Assembly (NCBI RefSeq): GCF_001186125.1
Contig: NW_014040507.1
Span: forward strand, 120,774 to 184,773
DNA: 64,000 nucleotides
Origin: Sphaeroforma arctica JP610
Lineage: Eukaryota
Reading direction: 5' to 3'
The position numbers and the translations under genes were made by a program. The notes beneath the pieces are model-generated. The model was not told the DNA's origin and searched no databases. It saw nothing but the letters and a program-made list of their open reading frames with translations. Each line of letters opens with the position of its first letter. Position 1 is the first letter of the stretch. Below, one piece after another: positions 13,991 to 27,900 of this stretch.

Positions 13991-16900
13991 CGGATTGCTG
14001 TTTTTACACCTCGCACGTCGTCGACATGAACCGCTGATGACCTGCTGATGGGACGACATTGTGGCCGTGCGCTTCACTAGCAATATGTGACTGTCACAAA
14101 AGTATCATAAGTGCTGCCACCAGATATTAGGGTTTTCCCGTTGGCCTTTGGCATGGTCTCTGGCGTGGACACTTCTGTCGTGACTTGACGATTCCTTCCT
14201 ATTGACACCGTTGTTGCGTTGTTGGGATACTTAGCTTGGCACCGTTGTTGGGATACGACCTCTATGCTGTCACGGATCACCTTTCTTGTTGTGGTTCAAG
14301 GCGCCCATTGCGTCTGGAAATGCTCAAAATCGCTGCTACGCAGCCGCATAGAGAAGTTCGACATCGAAACGTCCACTGCATGTCTGCAGCGGCATTGGAG
14401 AGCACTTATTGTAATCAAAGGTGTGTGGGGGGGGAGCTGGACAGAGAAGTTGGCTCCCACGAAGGATATGCATAGAGTTGCGTACTAGTTTGATTTTGGA
14501 GGCGTAATGCCTGGACGTGCACTAACAAGTCCAAACGGAGTATGCAACCAGCAAACGACGTGTTCGCTCAGGCATTTGCCGCATTGCATTGGTCTGTATA
14601 TGAGACGGCTGTGGTATTCATAGGCATATCTATGGCCATATCTGCTGAGTTATGGCCACTGCTGCAATATGAATACCGCGCAGCTGCCGCGAAGGAACCG
14701 CAATCAATTGGTGGATTGAGTTGTCTTCCTTGGGAAAATGGCGTCGCTCAAAGTTTGTGAACTCGAATGAAACTAGTAACTGTCAAGAAGATTTTATTTC
14801 TATAGGGCGGGCGGGCAAATACGCTCAATAATAGTTCTTTAGGACAGGCATTCAAACCGTCAGTAGAGATTCGAACCTTGATTCACATCGAGGACACCTC
14901 GGGGGATTGGCTACACCCGGGGGTGGTTGTGCGTAGCTAACGAGCATCACGGGATGTACAGCAGATATACTTAAGTATGAGCCTTCGCAGGCGTATTCAT
15001 GAGTGTAAATGTAGAGGGAGGCGCTCGAGTACAACCTAGAGGCAAAATGAATGCTGCCACCTGCATGATCCAATAAACATGCTAGATCTCAAGCACTTTG
15101 CCTATTGGTGTTGACAACCACTGAGATCAATTTTGGAGTCTACTGGTATAGCCAAGGAGCGCATATCGATCTTCATTGGTAGTCGATAATGGCGCCCTTG
15201 GATCCGCCGCTGCCATTATGTCTATCTATATGTTAAGATATTTTTATTAGTTCTAAATGGTTTGGTTGCCTTCCATTGCTAATTTTTTTACTCGAGGAGT
15301 ATCATGGTACAAAACCTGTTTTACCAACAATGTTATAGGTTGATGGCATTCTAAATGAAGAAATATCTAGAATTTCTTTCACTATGTGGATATTAAGCAG
15401 ACTATCCTACAATTGATGGAGTCTGTGTTTGTGTTGTATGAGCGAGTGTGCCTGTGCTTGGGGACCCAGCAGGTAGGCGACAGCGGCGAATGTAGTATGC
15501 TAGTCAGCTGCCTTGCAGCATGTGCTACTTCTCTTTTCAAATTAGTTCATATTCCATGACAAGTACTACCATGGAATTGAAATAACATCTCCTATGCATA
15601 TATAAACATGAACTTCCAGTTCATGGCGAGTATGCCTCAGGCAAAATAGCCTGGTCTTGCACTCATGTACCGTACTATATTTGATTATTGCTCTGGCGTG
15701 GCTTCTGATGGCTATGATATCGAACATGCTTTCAAAATGTGTGGCTATACTTAGAAATTGCGCCTACGCAATTGTAGTTACCTGTATGCTTTGAGCACAC
15801 TCAAGGCATAGGTGTGCACACCAAGAAGCCGAAGCGTGGAGATGTGTGCATATGATATGAACGAGTATAAATCACACTCTTGACTGAGCTAACATTCGCA
15901 GGAAAAATCAGAATAACGTTGACGAGGTGGACTTGATTATCTTCAAAAGAATTGATGTCGTCGAAGGCAAAAAGTCAGACAACTTTCTGTGTATAGTTCA
16001 ACAATATCTGAGAGCCCATTTGCCAAATCATTACGTAGAGATCGACTGCTCGTACAGCAGTAGAGTACCGTCCATAAAACAGTACGGTTTGTTTATGCAC
16101 ACACCGTGCACAACCTTGTTTTAGGATCTGCTCAGTCGGTTCAATCGAGGCAGTCGATACTGGTACTGTATATATTCTAAAACTTGGATAAGTTTCACGC
16201 AAGTAGAATTTGGGCACAGCAGTCTTATATATATCATTTCTCATCACAGAAGGACTTGACACGGCCATACAAAAGCCTGTGGTCTTTCACGATTGCATGC
16301 GAACCATTTTTGTGCGCCTGAAAGGCTGTACGCAGCTGTCTCCCACTCCTGGGAGAGTCACAGTAAATATCAGTGTTGTAGGGGGTTGCTGGTAGCAGTA
16401 CAAGGTGCATTTGCTGGGTCTAGTAGCAGCAGTTGGAAGGTATACACTTTGGTAGTAACCTCCCACAGCGCGCGGCGTATCTGCAGCAAGTGAGGTCAGG
16501 CTGTATGCGACAGAGGTATGTAAGTGGCGTATAAAAGATTAGCTTGGAAATTATTAACAGCGGCAAGTGTGTTCAAGTATATCGAGGACTAGCACAACAT
16601 GAATAAACGGAGTTGACTGCGTTAAGTACTACAAAGAGTATTGGAGGTGCCACAAGGTACCTCAAGTGTTCTAGAAGATTGAAATTAATATCTTAGTGAA
16701 AGGAACGTATATTTATATTGTTATTTTGCAATGAAGAGTGAAAGATTGTTGTGTGCGGATGTAGACTGGAGACGTATGTTTATGAATCACGCTAAATACG
16801 TATGCCACTATAAGCATTGGTTAAAGTACTTTTAGAAACAGCATATCCTCTCAGAACAACGCACAGCTTCTGGGCTGGCACTTGTGCTTGCGACCTCATC

Positions 16901-18199
16901 ATATTCTCCTGCTTGAGTCAGTTTTTTCGCATATTATTTTTGTGACTATACTCTGCTGCCTACTCTCTTTCACTTCCTGCACCGAGTGCACATTCCTAAA
17001 CCCTCACTCAATACAACGGCAGTGCACACACAACATTTATGAGTCATCGAATGTGATTCTGTTCAATTTCTTTACAGAGAGAGCAAATCATATGGCGGGA
17101 ATACAAGTATTCACGCCACCACAAGTAACAAAAACACACCAGCAAAAACACATGGACACCCCAACCACATCGAAATCAAAATGTGATTTGAACAGCAGTC
17201 GCGGGACACCAGAAGAACACAATAGCGCAAGTCGACATACCAGCCAAGACTGACCGGACCTGGTGCACTCATGAGCCGACACCTGCTCTCGACATTTCAT
17301 CACGTACTCTGTATAGAATATGCGACGAATAGAGGTCTGCTTAATGCCCAATAAATAGTACCAAACAATAACAATCTTTTTGTAATCGGAGTCGCATATT
17401 TTCTAAGTTTCAAGGTATGTCTTCTAGTTTCAAAGTATCTCAAGCGTAGTTTCTAGCATTGGATGCAAAACTCACGCCACACTCCTTGTATAAGCAGTAT
17501 TGTGGGGGTGGGCCAGAAGTAACAGACCATGGAGTAGGATATTGCACGTGTGTAGGTGCATGTATACCGCAAAAGAATGTCGCACACATCCACAACCACC
17601 TACCAGTGCCATCGCACACACCATACTATTACATAACGATACTGTATTCTTCACCATAGAACGGCGACGAACAGTACTATATACCATAAAATGGCAAATA
17701 TATATGTATAAAAATAGATATATGTGTATATTCTTTGTGTTTGTATATATTTGATGGGGTAGAGACGAAAACAATTCAGGCAGAAGTTAAAATCCAGCGG
17801 CTTAGACTCCGCGAGAACGGAAAACGCCGATGTATGAGTGCATAGTTTAGTTGGACTCAAAAGACATACCATGTCTTGAACCCCACTCCAAGCAGACGCA
17901 CATAGGCAACATTGCCCACACCTTTGTGCTAGCAAACTGGCAGCGTACGGTAAGAGCATGGACAAGGAAGGACATGACACACAGCAAGAACAAATACACG
18001 TATGTCTTCGAACATGCATACCTATACAAGCATTATGCATGTACGCATTGATACAACAAACACAATGCGAAATACTATGGGTATATGGTAGATGATACTG
18101 CACATAGTTGCTGGTGTACACAGATACCATACCTCACTCTACGCATAGCTGTGCACATAGTTAAATATCATATTCGATGCTTTACGTCTACATACACCT

Positions 18200-21100
18200 T
18201 CTTCAGGCCGTGCAGGAGGGTGTGGGGTAGATACAGCATCGGTGTACTGCACAACACTACGTATGATACTACATAAACATACCTATTTAACTGTGTTACA
18301 AGTATATGACACTACACACACCGTTCTCAGGCAATGCAGGAGGGTATGGCTGAGGTGGATTCGGTCTTGGTGGCTGCGGAAGCTGAGGCTGAGGCTGAGG
18401 CGGCTTAAGCTTCTTGCTCTCGCAGCACTGTTTCTTGGAGCACATGGCATACTCGCCTGCATAGCCCTCGTAGGTGCACCTCTTGTCTTTGGGCGTGCAT
18501 GCTACGATATTTTTGTCCACCCAGTGTTTGCATGTCTTGATAACAGGTACAGGCGAAGGGGAAGGTTCGGCTCTCTTGCAGCACACGTGTTCAGAACAAT
18601 CCTCTGTGCCCTCGGTGTGTGCGTAGTTGTATCGGTGATGTCCATCTGTTGCCACAATAGAAGCGTTCCGCGTTGTGGGAGTGAACAAGTGGATATGTAT
18701 GAGTTGATTGGATCTGAGAGCGAACGAGAATAAAGATGGCTGGGATCTGGTCCCTAAGGAGTGTTAAATCTAAGTTATCTGGAGTACTCCTCACAGCGCG
18801 GACGAACGATGCTCTCTGTTTCCAAAACAAATACACACGTCGCAAAAGTAGAGCTGAGCAAACAGCAGCAACGCGCCAAGAGTTGAAACAATCTATCGAC
18901 AAATATCCGCAGCGCTTCTAGATGAGTTGTGGCTACTCACCTAACACACTACACACACGTGACAAGAGATAGCATGACACTGAGTGGAATGGTCAACGAG
19001 TCTGCAACAACAATGAAAGACTATTGTGTACATCATGTGTTCACCAAAGGGATGAGAGTGTGCAACAACAATGAGAGACCATCGTGTACATCATGTGTTC
19101 ACTAAAGGGATGCACGGTAATAAGCAGAGTCGAATGAATATGGTATGTGCAACAAGACGTACTCCGGATACGCGGACAAATGAAATACCGACAGACCCTC
19201 GTGCATATAGTGTTTATTATACACCCTGGTGCTGCTAGTGTTTGCTATAAACCCTCACGCTTCTAGTGTTTGGTCGTGTAGTTTCAAGTATACATCATGA
19301 TCACAGGGCTCATGGTGGGGACAACTACAAAACAAAAAAATCTCAAAACATACACACGGTACAAAGGTACTCTACAACTTCAAATACATCAAGCAATACG
19401 CAAAAAGAAGCTGTTGAACTTCAACCGTATCAGCATCAGGCGAGCCACACGTTCACTACGAATTGTATGCATCCTGTACGCATACGTTCACGCCCTCCAT
19501 AGCAAGTAGTGGACTACCTTTGACAGCGCACTCTTTTTGCTCGTTCGTGTCACAGTGCACGTTTCCCTCATCGGCCCATTGCTTGCACTTGATGATCTTC
19601 TGAGGTGGCAGACAGCAGTGGTCCTTTGAGCATTGCTTTATCTCCTCAGCATTCGACCGTCTCGTACGCTCTCCGGCGGCACGTCTGCGATCTTTGGATA
19701 GACAGATGTGAATGCGAGTATGTAAATACACTGAGACTCGGTGTAGATGCGCTGTGTTCGGCTCTAGACAGAGCTTTGATAAGGATCTATAGAAGTAGAA
19801 AATGGACCCTAACCAGTACGGGAATGTCTCATTTGGCATTCAATGAGAATTTTTGCGCCTCAATTTATTCCATTATATTGACTGATGCCGATCCAAATAT
19901 CAACTGCTAAATATTACAGGAAGATCTGCTAGCGGTTTAGACTTAACCTACTTCGTATCGTAGAGTACTATGGATACACAAGTTACGACAATGATCCTGC
20001 GCATTGAAAAATGCTCAGAGGCAAGTAGCATACCACTGTTAATTGAAATTACTTTTAAATACCTCGCCTGTTGGCTCGTACACCTATGAACTATATGTTA
20101 ACTTGTACACCTTTGAGCTATATGTTAACTTGTACACATATGAGTTATATGTTAGCTTCTACACCCATGGGCCACATTAATGAGACCTCAAAAAGGAACA
20201 TTCATTTGCTGTCATCCACCGACCCAATTGAGCACAACTGAACCAGAAATGTTCAATGCAGTTGACAAGTCATCAGACAATCACAAAAGACTCAAGCACA
20301 GTGGCGACCCGTACACAGTGTCTAAACTTTAACCGCACCACCAAGAGAAATACAAACTGTACGATGCGAATTCACAGTAGCCCTCAACTCACACATGCAA
20401 GTTCTAAGTATAACCCTACACACACCTCCATATTCAAAGGGTGGTCCTGAGTAGCTGTTGCTCGGCCCTCCAGTGGCTGAGTTGTAGCATCCATCTCAAA
20501 TACCCGATCGTAGTTGTTCTGCACTACATTCACGTTATCGGCGATGATGATGTTGTGCTGTGCTGCAAATTGTGAGCGATGAGAGGTGAGATATTCGCAT
20601 CACGACTCGTTCTTTTGGTGTGGATACTGTATGGAAGAATTACAACAGCTGATACATTTTCATCCAGGATACACTACACACACACTGACAGTGAGGCAGA
20701 GTTCTGAGCCGACCCACTGTGGTATGTGCATAGAGCTGAATCAGTACAGAATGTGCATCGCACAGAGGTGCAATCTGTGTCAGTATCTGGTAGTAGTATA
20801 CGCCTACTTACTTGGGTTAGAGTTATCATCCCTGTCTGGGCGATCACCCTTATATGAATGCTCCGTAAAGCATTCATCATCTCTTGGCTCGCATTGGTGG
20901 TTGTTATCTTCTACCCACTCATCACACCACACCACCGGATCTGTTGGTTCTTGGTAACAGCAAACCTGTATGCACGGAAGGGACTTGTTAGAGATTTTGC
21001 ACAACAACACCCCGTTTATAAACAAACAGCATTACAAACAAAGCACATGTACTTCTATTTGCGTTCATTAGCTTTGGCTGCGATGCACATGGCAGAACAT

Positions 21101-21914
21101 TCACCTCGTCCGAGCACTTGCCATATCCCATGAGACCGTGTGAGTGACACATTTGCTCCTTTTTGACATCACATCTGACGTTTTCTTTCTGTGCCCATTC
21201 CCCGCACTTTTTGGGTTGGGCTGGTGGAGGCCCGTCGCAGCATCGTTGCACTGAACACTCGTATCGTCCCGGGTAGCCATCAGTGTATATATAGCAATCT
21301 TGTGTGTTCATGGTACAGTCTATGTCTTTGGCATGCACCCATGCGTCGCATTTGCTGTCGATGATATCTGCAATGACCGAATTATTGAATTAGCTGTGTT
21401 AAAGCTTTGACAAAGACAAAAGAGACAACCTTGGGAAGCTTTTTGAGTTGACGGCTTCACCGGCACATCATACTTGTTAGCGAACGGCGAGTACGCATAC
21501 ACAATCACATACTAGAAGTTTCGAGCGTAAATTTAGAGACCATAAAGTACTTGCTTTGATCGGCAACATACCAGCAGATGTCTCGCAGCAGAACTTTGCA
21601 GAACAGTGATCACCCGCCCTGTGGATTGGTGTCTGACACTGCCTATCTTGAGCTCGACAGTCCATGCCTTGTGAATTGATCCAATGTAGGCACTTCACAG
21701 ACTCGTGATCTGACCGTGATGAACGCGATGCAATGTTGATCTTGGCATTTGCACCATTCATGGCTTCCATTTCAATCTCTGCGTCGTGCATGTATCTAGC
21801 TATCTCTCCATCTATCTGTGATCCCCCAAGATTACTATCAGAAGTTGCGTACGCATATTTGAGGCTTCCCACGAGGCCTAGAGAGAGTATACAGATGCTT
21901 CTGAATGAATTCAT
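18200..21914 (-). CDS. Multi-exon secreted cysteine-rich repeat protein with a Pro-rich segment; 3' exons below ~18200 unresolved (may extend to ~17100)
   Basis: ATG 21914 gives a signal-peptide-like MNSFRSICILSLGLVGSLKYAYA. Exons at about 21914-21572, 21367-21105, 20965-20810, 19700-19490 and 18650-18320 encode six CxxW-x7-C-x6/7-C-xn-C-x4-CC modules. The first junctions are GT-AG and in phase. Confidence 0.7.
20078..20170 (+). repeat. 27-bp intronic tandem repeat x3-4
   Basis: Unit about tacacctatgaactatatgttaacttg. Confidence 0.8.
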
Positions 21915-24508
21915 GTTGTCTTTCCCCCCAAACTTGGCCAACACTATTCACTCGATTGATGAGGGTTCGTCTCACACTCTCACATGCAACCTGCGAAGCG
22001 TACGGTCACGGGAGTTTCTTCCGATTGACTAGTTGATCGTTCCAAGGTGATGTGAGTATAGATTATTAGCTAATCTTCCACTATATCATACACTGTCTCA
22101 TGCCCGTACCGATACTAATAAGTGTCCACGCCAAACACTCATCTAAAGTCTAAAATCAATGTATGTTCATTGTTCACAGGCGCACTCAACTATCGCAAGA
22201 AGTTGAAGGTGTTTATTGAACCACCAGATAAAGTTGCATGGCCTGAAAATCGGAAAATGTGAAATTTCTTCGCCATTGATAAATCATAAATAGAAAATAA
22301 TAAAGAGTAAAAAAGTAAATAGAGTAATTGCAGTGACTAGCAACTGATAAGGGCGACCAATAAAAAATATGAAAATACATGCACAAAAAAAAATTGTATT
22401 TATGTACGTACCATTATACACGATCAAACCACATAGCAAATTAGCAATATAATTATAGCAATAAAGATTGATAAAGAGATCTTTGATCTGAATTCTAACG
22501 ACCTTCAGATAGTGTGCGGACCTTCAGATAGTGTGCGTAATAAATTGTATGATTCTCTCCCGTGTCGATAATGCTGATTCAGTGATTCTCGTGTTTCTGT
22601 GACATAATCCTTGTCTGATAAATAATGATGGACCCCTATATTGGTAAAAGCAACCCTCTCGCTTCAACAACCGCTCTACTCTTGTATATCATTCTTTATA
22701 CAAAGGTGGATTTGTATCTACGTTTAAGTGAACTCTTGCATGTTACTCCTGAGGTATAATAAAAGGGGCCGAAGTGATCATGGTTCCGAAGCCCTCGCCT
22801 GTTTCAGTATACCTCGTAGATCGATGCAGTACATACCATTCTAAATAAGTATACATGCACGATCATACAATACCAACGAATGCTGATTGACAAAAGATCT
22901 TTATTCTCGGATAGTCTATTTGAAACGACACATGGTTGCCCAATAAGCTATGATAAGAAGATCACATGCGAATGTTTGTGCACTCAGAGTGGTTACTCTC
23001 TCAATTCAAGTTCGATGGCGGTCTAGAAGGTAATGAATGATTCTACAACGTATGATTCAGTAGTTGTCATATGTGAGTGAAAGCCTGTACAAATTTCCAG
23101 GAAATGAGGGATAATAAAGGCCTTGTACTCAACTCAAACCTTGAGGCAATTGTTTTTGTTTTGATGCATGTGAATTGTGATTTGATGATTTCCCAACAAT
23201 TTTGTTTCATCTTCTCCACCCGGGGTTTTCATGCTAGAGTAGCCAGTTGCTAGCTTCATATACAATCCAAATAATCTGCAAAATAGATCAATATCGAATA
23301 CAAACTTTGAACCAATGGTGACCACATAGATAAAATGCCATTGGGAGCTAAATTAGTGCTTGAAAACTATGCATAGCAGTTTTAAGCGTGTGAATTCGTT
23401 GAAACTGGGTTAAGTGTTTCACCCTTTCAGGTAGCGTTGCGACTTGCCAATCCGGTTCGTACCCATGCAGTAAACGTTGCAATAATGATTAGAAAGTTAA
23501 AAAAATAAAAATGCCTATGTATTCGATAATTCTAAACCACGCGAAGCGGAGGTTATTATGAATTTACAAAATAGAGGACGTTGTGGGTACTGGGTTGCGT
23601 GATGCGTCGGACTCCGCAGGCCCGCAGCACTGAGCACACTCTCGCTGACTCACTGAGCCACTACTCACTATGTAAAAGTGATACATATAATATTATGGAG
23701 TACAAGACTACAAGTCGTGACCCTCTAGAGAAAAACAATTAGAAATAGAACTAAAATATAGGGGATCGCTGTCGTACTCCGTCCGAAGGACGGTACAAGT
23801 TTTAAATAAAAAAACATCAAACACAAGAGTCATGACATAGTACGGAATTTCTCTTGAGTTAAGGGTTTTGTATCCCCGCATACCATATTTGGTAATTTAT
23901 GGTTTTTATATAAGTTATAAGGAAGATATGTTCCTGCAATATTGTTTAACCTTCCTCTTCAAGTATCCGACGCGCAGACAGCAGTGGCCAAGTTAGCGTG
24001 ACATCTGAAAAACACTCAATAGTGTCTAATTGTCGTGTCATAATCGAGCCCTACTTCACCCGTATCTATCATCTGTGCTCGACAGATACCATCATGCCGC
24101 ACCTTCTGAATCTACACCATCTTTTTCGAGCGAGCACAGGTCAGTTTCGTTGCATAACTTGCAATATATGTCTAAATCGTTTCATGTTATGTTGATTGAT
24201 TGCTCTACTAGTATATTCATAGCCTGCTGTATGTACAAGCGTTGTATATGGGTTCCAATTTGTCGGTGAACTTCAACCCCGACATTGACAGTACCAGCGA
24301 CACTTGCATCTGCCACGACTCTCGGAGGTTGCTCGAGACACCTTTACGCGTTCATACAATCCAGAAACGACTCACGTTTCTAAATTAAAAGCTAGATCGT
24401 GCTTTAAACTGTCGGCTACCTCACTCTACATGTCACAAATGCGTTCATAAAGATTTTGGGCAGGTGAAACATCGTGCTAATTGGCGACACAAATACGAAC
24501 ATACACAT

Positions 24509-24550
<42 letters not shown>

Positions 24551-24928
24551 CTAATACTAGATCGAAATCGAAGCGGGAACTGTCAGTTATCTACAGGATA
24601 TACATATATACTATATATATATATNTAGTACGACGTACCGAACGAACCGGAACCGNNNNNNNNNNNNNNNNNNNNGTAATATACTACTAATATATATATA
24701 TATTATATATATATATATATTCTTGGTTTGATTCTATCTGCCATCTCTCATAAACACATACTTTCTTGTTCTGTGGAAGTCTCATCACCTGTTGCAAAGC
24801 ATGTAGCAGTTAGCTCGCTTAATCAAATACAACAGTCTCCGTTGTTTCAATCTTCTCGGTATATATACCCACTGAAGGGGACGAAATCAATCATGTATTA
24901 TTTTTGTATTTCTTGTCTTCTCCAACAG

Positions 24929-27900
24929 CTTTTCGATGTACCTTGCCAGCGATTTCTGTGGCACACAGCAGTACACGATCACTGTGTTCGTCGGGAGAAG
25001 GCAAAAAAACCAAAGTTGCTGTATTCGATTGTAAATATTTGAAGAAGCAACTGGACGAAAAATTGGTACGTAAACTGTACAAAGATATTGATAGTTGGTA
25101 TTAATGCCTGTAAGATGTTTGTGATGCTTGTGGCATTGATTGGAAGGGCGTCTCGCACAGATATTGATGCGTGCGCTACTACATTCACAGAGAGAGCGTA
25201 TTGGTTTCTGTCGGTGTTGCTGGTGCGTGTGTAGGAAGGGTTGGGCCAGATAGATATTCAACGTTGGATCCAACATTTTGTTGATTTCGTTTAATATATC
25301 TTATGCGGTTTGGTATATCCAGTTTGGTACTGTTGTATTGAAGTGGTCGCAATTCTTTCTTCTCTTAAGACTGGCATGTCGCATTAGAAATGGCGTTGCT
25401 ACGAATCATTCAAACTCAGTCGTTTTACCATGTGTTTCTATTCCTCACATTCGCAGGCAGACACACGGCCGGATATAGAATTCACATACTACGACTCTTT
25501 GCTTACCAGAGAGACAGCCACGCTTGCAGCGGGGCATGATGTAAGTTCATTTGAGTGTCACATGGGCTTATTGATGGCTCAGCATATTCAGCGAACGACT
25601 GTCATTCAAGTCTCAGTGTGTGTGTGTGTGCTGAGAGTATTCTATAGCATCTGATCTACATCGATTTCGCACAGTTTTGACATCTTGAACCTAAACGGGT
25701 GATACCTCGTGCTTTGACATTTTAAACCTTTGGTTGTACCTCGTTGTTATAACATCTTAAACCTCTGGGTATACCTCGTTGTTATAACATCTTAAACCTC
25801 TGGTTATACCTCTTGTTTTGAAAACCTTTAGACATACCTCGTTGTTTTAACATCCTAAACCTCTGGTTATATCTCGTATTTTGGCATGTAAATATTTGGA
25901 TATACCTCGCTGACCTGACATCTTAAACCTCTGGTTATAGCTCGTGTTTTGACATTTTAAACCTTTGAACATACCTCGTTGTTCTGACATCTTAGACCTC
26001 TGGTTATACCTCGTGTTTTGACATCTTAAATCTTCGGATATACCTCGTTGTTCTGACATCTTAAACCTCTGGTTATACCTCGTGTTTTGACATTTAAATC
26101 TTTGGGTATACCTCGTTGTTCTGACATCTTAAACCTCTGCTTATACCTCGTGTCTTGACATTTTAATCCTTTGGACATACCTCGTTGTGTTCATATCTTA
26201 AACCTCTGGTAATATCTCGTTGTTTTGACATCTTAAACCTCGGGTTGTGCCTCGTGTTTTAGCATTTTAAACCGTTGGTTATATCTCGTGTTTTGGCATT
26301 TTAAACCGTTGGTTATATCTCGTGTTGTGGCATTTTGAACCGTTGGTTATATCTCGTGTTGTGGCATTTTGAACCGTTGGTTATACCTCGTTGTTTTGAT
26401 ATTTTGAACCGTTGGTTATACCTCGTTGTTTTGATATTTTGAACCTCTGGTTATACCTTGTTGTTTAGGCTGTAAGCCTGTTTGTCAATGGACAAATTGA
26501 AGCTCCCACAGCAGACGCCCTGAAGAGGCATGGTGTCGGCATGATAGCCCTTCGATGTGCTGGATTCAACCACGTAGACGTCAATGCGTGTAAGGAGGTA
26601 GGTATTCACTGCTCAGTGCGTCATATGTGATACAATGTGATGCGCGATTCTTTTCGCCTCTTGTTGTGGCGCTCAGCTTTCTGACGGTATTCGTGCTCAC
26701 ACAATTATTGTCGTTCATACAAATTTGTAGCTGCTCATATATCACTTGCCGTTTATGTATATTTATAGCTGGGATTGTCTGTGGCGACCGTTCCAGCGTA
26801 CTCACCTTATGCCGTTGCGGAATTTACTGTCGCGCTGTTGATGTGTCTCAACCGCAAAGTTGTCACAGCATACAACCGCATAAGGAATGGCAACTTCGCT
26901 CTCGAAGGTATGTGCGTTCTATTTATGTGTCTGTAGATATGGTTATATCTTCATACGTCCTAGATAAGTTTTTCGCGGTTGACATCTTCCATAAATGGTT
27001 TACATATATGTGACTGAGTGCTCGCCTGAACCTTAGCTCAGCTGTCAGAGTGCACAAATTCCTTACACGGGATGTTCTAAATCCGACATTACTTTCACCT
27101 TCTGCAATGCGCGTGTTGTCGACGAAAGGACTCGGAGGATTCGATGTGCACGGAAAAACCATTGGAGTACTGGGCACTGGGAAAATCGGATTTGCTTTCT
27201 GCTCGATCATGCTTGGCTTTGGGTGTAAGATTCTGGCCGTCGATCCCTATCCAAATCCTCATCTGGTGGATGTATGTCAGAGGTCGACAAAAATCGCGTT
27301 CATGTTATGGCAATTCATGAATAACCTTCAGCACTGCGTGATCGCGATATATCTTCTCGAATGTTTATGAACGGGATGGCATCTCACAAGTTATAACTTC
27401 ATATCCGTACATAATCTTGTTTGTCTATTTATGCATCTTAACCCCCCCCCTCCAATGCAACACAGAATCCAAATGTCCAATACGTTTCCAACAACGAAAT
27501 GTTCGAGCTGTCTGACGTGATCGCCTTGTTTGCTCCAGCAACCAAAGAGAACCATCACATTGTGAATAGGTATGTCACAAAATGTTCGCACGCATGCACA
27601 TCTCATCTTCAAGCTCTCTCAATGTCCAGTTTGCTTTTCAACCAATGCATTCTCGAGGCTAGTCATACCACGTAGACATAGCCCTAATGCCAACCATACC
27701 ACATAGATATAGCCATAGACATAAGCCCTGTTCTTCTACTGACACAAAGCCGTGACATGTGAGTAGATATAGCATTGGACGAATGAAGCCCGGAGTGATG
27801 ATTCTGAATACAGCGCGAGGCAGCCTCGTTAAAACGGCCGATTTGGTCGATGCCATTGTGGACAAGCGGGTAGGGGCCGCAGGATTGGATGTGTTGGAGG

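Noticed and set aside
14000..16900. Short ORFs downstream of UPF1
   Set aside because: No recognisable motifs or coherent exon chain. Treated as 3'UTR/intergenic.
25675..26469. CRISPR array (repeat length about 35 bp)
   Set aside because: Units are head-to-tail with no unique spacers, lie in a eukaryotic intron, and no cas genes are present.
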